Shown: piece by piece, positions 25,732 through 35,800 of the stretch
How positions within the stretch are numbered: position 1 is the first letter of the stretch
Layout: every line of letters begins with the position of its first letter
From: Thermoplasmata archaeon
GTDB taxonomy: Archaea; Thermoplasmatota; Thermoplasmata; Lutacidiplasmatales; UBA184
Reading direction: 5' to 3'
NCBI GenBank assembly: GCA_022750435.1
Contig: JAKIVS010000009.1
Span: 6,909-70,908, forward strand
Length of the DNA stretch: 64,000 nt
Program-made: the position numbers and the translations under genes
The notes under the pieces: generated by a model
Told to the model about the DNA's origin: nothing
Database searches by the model: none
The model's input: only the letters and a program-made list of their open reading frames with translations

Positions 25732-26874
25732 ATGAGCCGAACCTCGACCGCGGACACCGGGACGGGGACACTCGTCGCGCCCGGCGCACCGCCCTACGAC
25801 GTTCGCGGGGGACCGACGCTCGGCGTCGTCGTCATGGTATTCCGGCGGCCGGATTTCTACCAGGAGGCCCTCCGGTCGATCGCCCGGCAGCTCGGTCCCC
25901 TCCCGCGCGTGGAGGTCGTCGTGGTGCGGAGCCCCAACGTGTCGATCGAGGTTCCGACCGAGCTCGAGACACGGGGCTGGTCCTGCACCGTTGTCCGGAG
26001 CGATGCGATCGGCGAGGGACCGTTTCTCGCCGACGGACTGACGGCGTTGACCACGGAGTTCCTCCTCCCTCTGGACGACGACGACCTTTGGGTGGACGAC
26101 CGCCTCCGTCGCGTCGTGGAGGCGCTCGGGCAGCACCCCGGCGCCGGCTACTATCACAACGGGCAGGCGTTCGTCGATGGGCAGGGCGGCCCCCTCGATA
26201 CCGCCACGTCGCTGCGCCGCCTCCGTCGCTACACCGGCGCCCCGGTCGGACCGTTGCGCGAAGTACGGGTGGAGACCCTCCGGCGGCACCCGTCGGCCCT
26301 GGCCCGGTGGGGGGCGTTCTTCAACAACAGCTCCGTCGCAATCCGTCGCTCGGCCCTGCTCGACTGCCTGCCCGAGCTCCGGTCCACCGCGCGTCTCGCG
26401 GATTCGTTCATGTTCTACGCCGCACTGGCGAGCGGCGAGCCCCTCCTATTCGATGCGTCCCCGACGACCCAGTACCGCATCCACGCGGGAAACCGGTCTC
26501 GAGGCACCCAGGCAGCGGCCGCCCCCGGCATCGTGCAGCCGTCAGAGACGCGCGCCGGGCGCATGGCGTCCGTCGAGGCGATGCGGGCCATGGCGCGGCG
26601 TCGCGGGGCGCCGTGGTTGGGGACGTGGCTCGACCGGGACGCGGCGTACCTCGACCTCCTCGAGGGGTTTCGGGAAGGCGAGACCGACCGGACCCTCACC
26701 GTCCGACGGACGCTCCGCTTGGCCCGGTACCTCGGCTACGCCGACCCGCTGATGAACCTCGTCCTGGCGATCACGGGGTGTGGCCTGGCAGTGTCTCCGG
26801 GTCTGGCCCACCGATCGTACTGGTCGCCGGCTCCGGAGGTTCCGGGTGCCCCGCCCTCCGGCCCCGGATCGTAA
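25732..26874 (+). CDS. GT2-like glycosyltransferase
   Basis: 380 aa. LGVVVMVFRRPDFYQEALRSI and LPLDDDDLW (DxD) are consistent with a GT-A fold. The remainder is unassigned. Confidence 0.6.
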   Translation: MSRTSTADTGTGTLVAPGAPPYDVRGGPTLGVVVMVFRRPDFYQEALRSIARQLGPLPRVEVVVVRSPNVSIEVPTELETRGWSCTVVRSDAIGEGPFLADGLTALTTEFLLPLDDDDLWVDDRLRRVVEALGQHPGAGYYHNGQAFVDGQGGPLDTATSLRRLRRYTGAPVGPLREVRVETLRRHPSALARWGAFFNNSSVAIRRSALLDCLPELRSTARLADSFMFYAALASGEPLLFDASPTTQYRIHAGNRSRGTQAAAAPGIVQPSETRAGRMASVEAMRAMARRRGAPWLGTWLDRDAAYLDLLEGFREGETDRTLTVRRTLRLARYLGYADPLMNLVLAITGCGLAVSPGLAHRSYWSPAPEVPGAPPSGPGS

Positions 26875-29800
26875 GGACGACGCCGAGCGCGATCAAGACC
26901 ACGACCTCGACCCAGGAGGCTTCGAGGCCCACCAGGATCCAGGTCCGGAAGTGCAGGGTCACCACCGACCCGTTCCCTCCTCCGGCGACCTCGAAGACGT
27001 TGTCGAACGGGGCCCCGTCCACGCTCGTCACCCCGCCGGTACCGGCCACCGAGGCCGTCCAGAGCGGGTCGTACGGGTAGCCCAGGACGACGAATCGGGC
27101 CGATCCCGAGGGAACCAGGACGTCCCCGGAAGCGGTGACGGAACCCGTGGTGCCGATCGATCCGTTCGACGACGGCCCGGCCGGGGACTCCGCCACGAGG
27201 TACGAGACGTCGGGAAGCTGCGCGACGGAGGTCGCATGGAGGCAGAGCGCCGCCCCGACCATCGAGACCGTCTCGGTAGCCTTGGTGATCTCCACCGGGC
27301 CGCTCGGGACGGCCGACCGATTGAACCCGGGGTTGACCGCATCGACGCTCGCGTCGCCGAACCCGATCGACGTGGAGGTGCTGACGTTCCCCGCCGAGAG
27401 GATCGCGCTCGCCGTCGTGTCGTTCCAGCGAAGAGACATCGACCAGGCGCTCCCGGTCGGCAGCAACCGGGGCACCACGCTGTTGTGCCAGGCGTAGGCG
27501 ACGTCCCCGTGGAGCGCGGACAGCGCGAGGGCGACAAGGTGGCCGGGCGTGTCTTGGTACGTTTGGAGAAGGAGCGAGACGTTCCCGGACGCCAGATCGA
27601 TGCTGGCCCAACTGTTCGTCCCGGGCGCTGCCAGTGTGACGTTCGCGGTGAGGTACGCCGGGCCGGACACGGTTCCGTTGGAGGCGAGGTACACCGACTG
27701 GCTCGTCGTGGAGCAGTACCCGTTCGGCGACTCCGGCTGGGTGGGGAGGTACTCCCCGGGGACGCTCGAATTCCGCTCGCTCTCGCCTTGGATGGTGAGC
27801 TCCGTGCCGGCCCAGCCGAACTCGGTCCCGTTCTGGAGGCAGGTACCCTGTCCGCACGGGGCAGGGCCCCAGCCGCCCGTGCGGTTCACCACGCCCGCCA
27901 GGTCTCCCGGAGGGAGCGAGAGCGTGGCCGTAGGCGTCGTCACGGCCGACGGGCGCAGTTGCCAGGCGGGGAGGCTCGAGTTGGGGGCCCACAGCCCCGC
28001 CCGCAATCCCCGGAGCCACGCGGGAGGGCCGGAGGTAACGGCGCCCACGAAGCCGAGGGCCGCGGCGTCCGTGGGAGTATCGATCGCGACCAACGAGGAC
28101 GTCGACCAGCCGAGCGGCACCGGATCCGGCACGGTGTAGACGACGAATCGACCGACGGGGCTCCCAGGACCCAGGGCGGCGGGAAGCGCGCCGAGGACGG
28201 CGTTGTAGTCGATGGGCGCGTCGTTCGGCGCCTCGTTCATGCTGGGTGCCGTGCGGTTGGCATACGGGTTGTCCACGACGTACCGCACGTGGGCATTCTC
28301 CAGCACGGCGGTGAGGTTCGGTGGGACGCCGCCGGCGAGAAGTTCCTCGAGAGCCGCGGCGGTGGGACCGTTGTTGGTCTCGAGCACCGGATAGGGGATG
28401 AACGAGGCCAGCAGATTGCCGGTGTCGAGGTACTGCTCGCCGGAGATGTTCAGATACGCCCCGTTTTGGGCGCTCATTGGGAGGACGAGGACGTAGTACT
28501 CCGGGCCGTTCGAGGGTGTACCGAGAAAGGTCTGCAGGACCCCGTACGAGGGCGGGAGCGGAATCACGTTCGCGTTCGGCCCGGTCGATTGGTCGACGTC
28601 GGCGAGCGCGAACGGGAGGGCGGAGACGACCAGCAGTACCACGATCACGATGGAGAGCACGACCGAGGGACGACGAAGCTCACGGGCCGCCCGGCGCCAT
28701 CGCGGGGGGAGGGGGGTCGGTCCAATCGAGGTCGGTGACCCGGGACTCGGGGACGCCTCCCCGTGGAACAGTTCGTGGAGTCCGACGACCGGAACGAGGA
28801 GATAGACGGTCCCGAGGAAGTAGAACGCGCCGGCGAGCACAAGGAACGGTCCGCCGAGGTGCAGCAGGTCGAGGTCGACCCCGGTGAGCGGAGCCACTCC
28901 GCCGATCATCAGGGCCAGGGTGGTCAGGCCCATGGCGTAGACGAGGAGCGCCCCCCGGCTGCGACGGAGGCGAACGGCCCCCAGGATCGCCACGAGCGGG
29001 AAGACGATCGCCGCCGCGGCGATCGCGGGGAAGAGGGCGATCCACCCGTACGCGGACGGCGTCCGAACGAGCCACGAGAACGCCGTGAGGGTCACGACGG
29101 AATACGGAGTCGAGGTCGCCGCGACCTCGTTGTAGACGAACACGAGGTTGGCGGGCGTGACGTAGTTGTTCGACGTGTACGCCACGTTGGGGATGAGGAG
29201 GAATGGGACGAACGACCACCCCTCGATCCCGAGGGTGACCCCGACGAGCAGGAGCGACCGCACCACGCGGGACGCCCACCGCATCGGTCGGTGCAGGTCG
29301 GACAGCCAGACCGCGACCAGGCCCCAGAGGACCACGATCGAAACCGGGACCGCGAACGATGAGATGGCGCCCGGGGCCAGGTACGTTCCGAGGAGCGTCA
29401 CGACGATCGCGAATCGCCACGGGACGGTCCGGTCGTGGGCGACCCGAAGCGTCAGCGCGGCGAGCCACGGGAGGAATGCGAGGAACAAGGTCCACCCCTC
29501 GACGTGCCAAAAGGTGACCGAGAGGGTGAACGGGTTGTAGACGTAGACGAGCGCGATCAGACCGAGCACGTACCCCGGCGACGTCGCCGGTCGGTCGCGG
29601 ACCCGGTCGATCGTCCGCAGCAGGACGACCGCCCCGGCGGCGGCGAGGCCCGCGAACAGGGCGAGGATGAGCCGCTCCGCCCACCACGCCGGGACGGAAA
29701 GGGCCGCCAGGGCCCGTAGGGTGAGGTCGACGTAGAAGTAGGGGGTGAAGTCGGGGACGGGGAAGGTCGAGGAGTCGAGGTAGCTGTACGGGATCAACGG

Positions 29801-30199
29801 CGAATCGTTGAAGCTGAACGCCTGGAAGAGGCGCGTGGAGTCCTGCCCGTACAGCAGCTCCCCGAACGGCCGTCCCCAGTAAATCGGGCCGAGCGCCGCG
29901 AGGAGCACGAACAACCAGGGAGAACGGAGGAGACGCACCGCCCAGGGGCGACCCCGCTCGATCCAGGCGAACACCCGTCTGCGGGTTGGTCCGCCCGGTA
30001 CCGAAGGCGGGGTGCCGGAGCTCTCGGGTCCTCCGTCCGCGCTTGCCACGTGTCCGGTCCCAGGCGGGCGCGCCCGGTCCTCGTCGACGGGAGGACCCGG
30101 GCCCGGCTTATCATCGTTGGGCCGTGTCGGAATCGCCGGGAGGGCCCTCGTGCGGTTCGTCTTCGTCAGTGAATCGCCCGACCGCGTCCGAGGCGGCAT
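26771..30199 (-). CDS. Giant polytopic membrane protein, GT-C-like glycosyltransferase candidate with large sequon-rich ectodomain and C-terminal TM anchor
   Basis: 1142-aa ORF. About 12 or more hydrophobic helices span residues ~85-560, followed by a ~520-aa NxS/T-rich beta-rich region and a terminal TM (VEVVVLIALGVVLTI). This architecture resembles AftD/DUF3367-type GT-C enzymes. No WWDYG motif is present, so it is not a canonical AglB. The start could be GTG 30049 rather than ATG 30199, which would remove the overlap with the divergent GT4 gene. Confidence 0.6.
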   Translation of the reverse strand: MPPRTRSGDSLTKTNRTRALPAIPTRPNDDKPGPGPPVDEDRARPPGTGHVASADGGPESSGTPPSVPGGPTRRRVFAWIERGRPWAVRLLRSPWLFVLLAALGPIYWGRPFGELLYGQDSTRLFQAFSFNDSPLIPYSYLDSSTFPVPDFTPYFYVDLTLRALAALSVPAWWAERLILALFAGLAAAGAVVLLRTIDRVRDRPATSPGYVLGLIALVYVYNPFTLSVTFWHVEGWTLFLAFLPWLAALTLRVAHDRTVPWRFAIVVTLLGTYLAPGAISSFAVPVSIVVLWGLVAVWLSDLHRPMRWASRVVRSLLLVGVTLGIEGWSFVPFLLIPNVAYTSNNYVTPANLVFVYNEVAATSTPYSVVTLTAFSWLVRTPSAYGWIALFPAIAAAAIVFPLVAILGAVRLRRSRGALLVYAMGLTTLALMIGGVAPLTGVDLDLLHLGGPFLVLAGAFYFLGTVYLLVPVVGLHELFHGEASPSPGSPTSIGPTPLPPRWRRAARELRRPSVVLSIVIVVLLVVSALPFALADVDQSTGPNANVIPLPPSYGVLQTFLGTPSNGPEYYVLVLPMSAQNGAYLNISGEQYLDTGNLLASFIPYPVLETNNGPTAAALEELLAGGVPPNLTAVLENAHVRYVVDNPYANRTAPSMNEAPNDAPIDYNAVLGALPAALGPGSPVGRFVVYTVPDPVPLGWSTSSLVAIDTPTDAAALGFVGAVTSGPPAWLRGLRAGLWAPNSSLPAWQLRPSAVTTPTATLSLPPGDLAGVVNRTGGWGPAPCGQGTCLQNGTEFGWAGTELTIQGESERNSSVPGEYLPTQPESPNGYCSTTSQSVYLASNGTVSGPAYLTANVTLAAPGTNSWASIDLASGNVSLLLQTYQDTPGHLVALALSALHGDVAYAWHNSVVPRLLPTGSAWSMSLRWNDTTASAILSAGNVSTSTSIGFGDASVDAVNPGFNRSAVPSGPVEITKATETVSMVGAALCLHATSVAQLPDVSYLVAESPAGPSSNGSIGTTGSVTASGDVLVPSGSARFVVLGYPYDPLWTASVAGTGGVTSVDGAPFDNVFEVAGGGNGSVVTLHFRTWILVGLEASWVEVVVLIALGVVLTIRGRRAGHPEPPEPATSTIGGPDPETLPGHTP

Positions 30200-31169
30200 C
30201 GAGCGCCACGCGGCGAGCCTCGTCGGCGAGCTGACGCGGCGCGGCCATTCGGCACGGCTGGTCCGGCCCGAAGAGTTCGTCCGCGCCGACGCCGAGGGCG
30301 CGGACTGGCTGGTGTTCGACGGCGTGCGGCGTCTCGCGATCCTTCGGCACGCCCGTCATCTTCGCGGGGGACCGCGGCTCGCACTGTTTCCCCACGGGTC
30401 GTTCATGGAGACGTCCCGGCGGACCGAGCTCCGGCGCTCGGGGGCCTGGACTCCGCCGCGACAGTTCTGGGCGAGACTCGGGTTCGACCGGTGGTTGGGT
30501 GCCCGCGTGTTCTGCCGGTTCGACCGGTGGTTGGTCCTCGCCGAGGCGGAGGGTCGCGAAATCGAGGCGTTGTTCGGGATCCCTCCGGAGCGCATGACCG
30601 TCGTTGGGCTGTTCGTTTCGCGGGAGTTCCTCGATGCGGTGGCGCGCTCCGCGCCCGTCCCGCCGTCCGCCTCCCCGTACGTCTGCTCGGTGTCGCGCAT
30701 CGAGCCGCGGAAGAACTTCGGACGGCTCCTGGAAGCGATCGACGGGACGAAGTTCCGATTCGTCCTCGCCGGTCAAGACCGGGGCGGGCTCGCGGAGCTC
30801 CAGTCGACGGCGCGTAGGTTCCCTAGGGCGAGCTGGGAGTATCGCGGGACCGTGACCGAGGTCGAGAAGGTGGCGTTGCTCCGGGGAGCCGAGGCGGTCG
30901 TCATCCCGTCCGTTCTCGAGGGAGTCTCGACCATCGCGCTCGAGGCGCTCACCCTCGGCCGTCGCGTCCTCCTCGCGGGGGAGGCGTACGGGCCCGAAGG
31001 TGCGGGCGTGATCCGCTGCGGTCCGAGCGCCCGCGAACTCCGCATGGCCCTGGCCGCGCTGCGGGAGGGCCCGGATCCGGCACCGCGCCCGCCGCCCACG
31101 GTCGAACGGGCGGTCGACCAGTTCTTGGCGGCCCTCGGGGCTCTGCCGGCGGGCTCAGTGGCCGCCTGA
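30150..31169 (+). CDS. GT4-family glycosyltransferase
   Basis: I place the start at GTG 30150 (VRFVFVSESPDRVRGGIERH..., a typical GT4 N-terminus) inside ORF 30012..31169. LEGVSTIALEALTLG is the E-x7-E motif. Confidence 0.7.
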   Translation: MRFVFVSESPDRVRGGIERHAASLVGELTRRGHSARLVRPEEFVRADAEGADWLVFDGVRRLAILRHARHLRGGPRLALFPHGSFMETSRRTELRRSGAWTPPRQFWARLGFDRWLGARVFCRFDRWLVLAEAEGREIEALFGIPPERMTVVGLFVSREFLDAVARSAPVPPSASPYVCSVSRIEPRKNFGRLLEAIDGTKFRFVLAGQDRGGLAELQSTARRFPRASWEYRGTVTEVEKVALLRGAEAVVIPSVLEGVSTIALEALTLGRRVLLAGEAYGPEGAGVIRCGPSARELRMALAALREGPDPAPRPPPTVERAVDQFLAALGALPAGSVAA

Positions 31170-31553
31170 CGCGACGAACGCTTGATACTCCGACGCCGTG
31201 AGCGTGGTCGTCCCGCCCGTCGCAGCGCTTCGCTTCAACCGGAAGAGCCAGCCGTCGCCGTACGGGGACCGATTGACGAGCTCGGGGTGGACCTTCAGAG
31301 TCTCGTTCGCGGCCGTCACGCGGCCCTCCGCCGGCGCGTAGACGTCGGCGACCGTCTTCACCGACTCGAGGACGAGCGCGGTCGCGCCCTCCTTCAATTC
31401 GGCCCCGAGTTTCGGGAGGTCGACGAACACGATGTCGGTGAGCTCCGCCTGCGCGTGGTCCGTGACGCCGATCACGAGCTCCTCGCCTTCCGTGCGGATC
31501 CACTCGTGGCTCTTGGTGTAGCGCAGTTCGGGGGGGACTTCGCCGGTGCTCAT
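31155..31553 (-). CDS. gcvH: Glycine cleavage system protein H
   Basis: 132 aa. YTKSHEWI, GVTDHAQ and LESVKTVADVYAP (lipoyl-lysine motif) are present. Confidence 0.92.
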   Translation of the reverse strand: MSTGEVPPELRYTKSHEWIRTEGEELVIGVTDHAQAELTDIVFVDLPKLGAELKEGATALVLESVKTVADVYAPAEGRVTAANETLKVHPELVNRSPYGDGWLFRLKRSAATGGTTTLTASEYQAFVASGGH

Positions 31554-32782
31554 GTGCCGCTCTCCCAGCTCTCCACGTACTTCCGTTGTGCGTCGGTCAT
31601 CGTATCGAGCCCGGCGCCCATCGGAGCCAGGGCCGCCTCTGCGACGGCTCGGTCGATCGCCGGTGGGACGGGGTGAACCTTCGCGGCGAGGGTCTTCCCA
31701 TGACGGGCGATGTGCTCCGCGGAGAGAGCCTGAAGGGCGAAGCTCAGGTCCATGATCTCGACCGGGTGGCCCTGTCCGGTCGCGAGGTTGATCAATCGGC
31801 CCTCGGCGAGGAGGTAGGCGGATCGGCCGTCGGCGAACCGGAACTCTTCGACCCCCGGACGCACCGTGGACCGGGAGATCGCGACGCCCTCGAGGTCCGC
31901 CTTCGAGATTTCGACGTCAAAGTGACCGGCGTTCGCGAGGAGGCAGCCGTCCTTCAGGACCTTGAAGTGCTCCGCCCGGACCACGTCCCGATTCCCGGTA
32001 GCGGTGACGATCAGGTCCGCTTCCCCGGCGGCGTCGAGCATCGGCAGGACACGGAATCCCTCCAGGCGGGCCTCGATCGCCCGGACCGGGTCGACCTCGG
32101 TGACGACGACGTCCGCCCCGATGCCGCGCAACCGTGAGGCGATTCCCTTGCCGCACCACCCGTACCCGGCCACCACGGCCGTACGGCCGGCGATGAGCAG
32201 GTTGGTGGCCCCAAACAGGCCGTCGAGCACGGATTGGCCACAACCGTACCGGTTGTCGAAGAGATGCTTCATCTCGGCGTCGTTCACGTCGACGGCCGGA
32301 AATCGCATCTTCCCCGACCGTTCCAGCGCGCGGAGGCGCGTGACGCCCGTCGTGGTCTCCTCCGTGGAGCCGAGAATTTTCCCCCGGCCCGGCCGCTCCG
32401 TGTGCGCCAGCGCGACCAGGTCCGCTCCGTCGTCGATGATCACGTCCGGGTCGGCGTCCAGCATCCCGCGGATCGCCGCGTGGTACTCCGCGGTCGACTC
32501 CCCCTTCTCCGCGAGCGTACGGACCCCGGAATCGTTCAGGACCGCGACCGCGTCGTCGTCCGTGGAGAGCGGATTGCCCGCCGCCATGTGGACCTTCGCG
32601 CCCCCCGCCTGGAGCGCAAGACCGAGCGCCGCGGTCTTGGACTCCACGTGGAGGACGCAGGAGAGGGTGAGGCCCTCGAACGGGCGCTCCCGCTCGAACC
32701 GGGCGCGGATTCCCTCCAGGACCGGCATGTGCCGGCGCGCCCAGGCGACCTTGAGCCGACCGCGCTCGAGATCTCCCGCCAC
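31550..32782 (-). CDS. ahcY: S-adenosyl-L-homocysteine hydrolase
   Basis: 410 aa. HVESKTA, DDGADL, EETTTGV, NRYGCGQS and the NAD site VAGYGWCGKG are present. The stop overlaps the gcvH start by 4 nt. Confidence 0.93.
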   Translation of the reverse strand: MAGDLERGRLKVAWARRHMPVLEGIRARFERERPFEGLTLSCVLHVESKTAALGLALQAGGAKVHMAAGNPLSTDDDAVAVLNDSGVRTLAEKGESTAEYHAAIRGMLDADPDVIIDDGADLVALAHTERPGRGKILGSTEETTTGVTRLRALERSGKMRFPAVDVNDAEMKHLFDNRYGCGQSVLDGLFGATNLLIAGRTAVVAGYGWCGKGIASRLRGIGADVVVTEVDPVRAIEARLEGFRVLPMLDAAGEADLIVTATGNRDVVRAEHFKVLKDGCLLANAGHFDVEISKADLEGVAISRSTVRPGVEEFRFADGRSAYLLAEGRLINLATGQGHPVEIMDLSFALQALSAEHIARHGKTLAAKVHPVPPAIDRAVAEAALAPMGAGLDTMTDAQRKYVESWESGT

Positions 32783-32845
32783 CGTCGACCCGGGGGCCCA
32801 TCACGGACCCCGGCTTAAAACGATTCGTCGAAAGAAGGGGTTTCC

Positions 32846-35800
32846 CTACTGCGTGACCGCGCCACAGAACGGACAGACGAGGTACTCGGGCGGGATCTCC
32901 TTGCCGCAGTTCGAGCACGCCTTCATCGGGGCCTGACCCGCGCCACCGGCGGGCGTAGCCGGTGGGGTGGCGGGTGCGTTTGCCGAGGCGGTCGTGGGGG
33001 TCGGCGCGGGAGCGGCCGCGGTGGGGACCGCCTTCGAGGCTGGGCTGCGGGCCGCCGGGGGCGGGGCCGACGCGCCGCCCGCCCCGCCGCCCTTCTTCGG
33101 GGGCGGCGCGGTGGTCGGCGTGGAGACGGCCTGGGGCCCCGGTGCCTCGGTGGCGGCGTCCTCGGGGGGCGCGCCCATCCCGGCGCGGGATCCCTGCGAT
33201 TGCTGGACCTTCCACTGGCTGTACGGGAGGTACGTCGGCTGGCGCTTCCACCAGTCCCAGAACGCTCCCTCGCCGTAGTTCTCGCCGAGCTCCTTCTTCG
33301 CCTCGCCGCGGAACCGACCGACGTAGTCGGAGTATCCCTGGCGCTCCGGGTCGCTCGTCTCGAGCTCGCCCTTGCCGAGCAGCTGGGCCGCGCATTCGGG
33401 GCAGACCTCGGACTTCGAGGGGATCGTGGAGCCGCACCGGCTGCACCGGACGAGGTCGACCTCGAACTCGGCACCGCACTTGGGGCAGGTGGTGGCGTCC
33501 TCGGGGATCAGGTTCCCGCACTCGCCGCACTCGACGAGCTTCCCCTTCGCCTGGCGCTGGAAGAAGAACAAGAGTCCGATGACCGCGACGATTGCCGCCA
33601 CGATGATGACGAGGAGCAGCCAGAGCGGGATCAGGCCGAAGATCTTCTGGTTCCAGAACGTCGGGGCCGCTGAGGCCGGAGGCCCGATCGAGAACTCATC
33701 GGTGACGTTCTTCGAGGCGGTCCGTCCCTGGTGGTACGCCGTCACCTGGACGGAGTACTGCCCGTTCGCCATCGAGCTCGGCAGGAACAGCTCGACGGTC
33801 AGGCCCGTGCCGGAGACGGTCGACTGCGTGCTGAGCGCGTAGTCGCCCGCCGTGCCGATCGCCGTGACGTTCAGGTACGCCGACTGGTTGCCGGCGAACA
33901 GGAGGGTCACCGAGCCGACGTAGTTCGCTCCGGCGGTGAGCTGGCCGACCGGTCCCGTGAACGAGAGGGATATGTACGACGGCTCGATCGTCTTGTTGAC
34001 CGAAGCTTCGACGAGGCCGCCGATCGGCGCGATCCCCTGGTTCCACAGCACGATGGCGAGGAACGTCTGGTTGATCGGGGGATGCGGGATCCCGGTGACC
34101 GTCTCGTTGACGACCCAGGGGAAGACGAAGCTGAGGTTCGCGCCGACGGCGAGCGGTGTCGTCCCGTTCTTCGCCCCAAGGACCGTTCCGTTCTGGCCCG
34201 GCTTGCTCGGGGTCGCCTCGAGCGTGACGTTGTAGAGTGCGACCGCGCCCGTGCCGATGTTCGAGATCGTGACGGTGAAGTTCGTCGACTCGCCGATGGC
34301 GAGGGTGTTGTTGGTGTTGAGGGTCGCATTCGCCGCGCCGACGGTGACGCTCGCCACGCTGGCGCCGAGCGCCGGTCGGTAGAGCGGGAACACGGTCGGG
34401 GCCTGCACGTCGCCCGTCGCCGGGTTCATGTTCGTCGGGTACGGGGAGACCGAGCCGGTGAACCACGTCGGGGGGCCAGCGCGGCCTCCGGCGACCGTCA
34501 CCACGACATGGTAGTCCCCGAGAAACTGGCCGTCCTGGAGGGTGCTGTAGGAGAGATTGCCCGCGAGGAGCAAGAGCGAGGCGGTGCCCGTGAGCGGGTT
34601 CGTTCCGCCGTAGGTGCTGACGTCGTTCTGGGCGTCCCAGGCGGCGACATACCCGGCGAGGTCGGGGTCCGCGGTCGCTAGGTTGTTGAGCGCCGTCGCG
34701 GTCGCATTGTTCGCCTGGTTGTTGTCGTACGCGTAGTACGCGACCGCAGATCCGCCCGCGACGGGCTGGTTGCCCGCGCCGTAGACGGGGATGTCCATCC
34801 AGCGGTAGAAGTACGCCTGGCTCGAGGCATCCGGAAGGACGGCCGAGATGTCGGTCACATTCTGTGGGTTCGGGGCGACCACGGTCGTGAGGTCGCCGAG
34901 GAACGCGTGGGCGCCGTTCGAGACAATGACCTTGTTCGACAGCCACGGCTGGGACACCGGGGGCGCCGTCGGGGGGCGGGGGAACGGGGCGACCGGGTAC
35001 CAGTTGATCCCGAGGGTCGAATCGACCGCCGTGAGGGTGCTCCCGGAGCCGGAGACCGTGATGTTGAACGAGGTGCCTGCGACGAGGTTGACCTGGATCA
35101 GCGTGAGCGCGACGGGCGTTGCGGAGTTCGTCGTCCCGAGGGAGACGGAGACCCCTCCCGAGGAGGCGGCGGCGAAGAACGCCGGCACGCCGAGGGCGTT
35201 GATCTCGCTAATCGCGGCGGCCGGGAGGGCCACCGTCACCTGGGTATCGGCCGCTCCGTAGACGATGGTGCCGAGGCTCGTCGTCCCCGTGTAGGTGATC
35301 GAGTTGGTCGTTGCTTGCTCATCGACCGTGGCGTTGTAGCCGATCGTGATCGAGCCAGCCGTCACGGTCCGGTACAGGGTGTCCTGCAAAAGCGAGGTCG
35401 GGTCGCTGGCCGTCGTGAACGCCGAGAACGTCCCGCTCTGGCTGGAGGAGATTGACGCCGCGAAGGAGTCGGTGAGCGGGTTCGGCTGCGGGCTGCCAGA
35501 CAGGCTCCAGTTGTCCGCGTACGTCGCGCTCTCGGTCGACGCACCCAAGGTGAGGCGGCCGCCACCGGTCACCGCGAGAGTCGGACCGTACAAGCTGTCG
35601 TTCGTCGTTGCTGTGTTGGCAGGGTTGGTGGCGTTGGGGAGCTCGAGGTTGTCCGGGTTCCGGCCGAGGGTCGAGCTGTTGACCCAGAGGGCCGCACCCA
35701 ACCCGTAGACGCTCACGGCCCCGGCGAACTGGAGGCCGCTCGAGTTGACGTACATCTGCCCGGGCGCCGTCACATTGATCGAGACCTTCGCATAGGCGTT

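Noticed and set aside
32990-33200. GC-rich low-complexity, repeat-like DNA (GCC/GCG/CCG runs)
   Set aside because: It encodes the Pro/Ala/Thr-rich cytoplasmic linker of the 32846..36280 protein. It is not a tandem repeat array or CRISPR.
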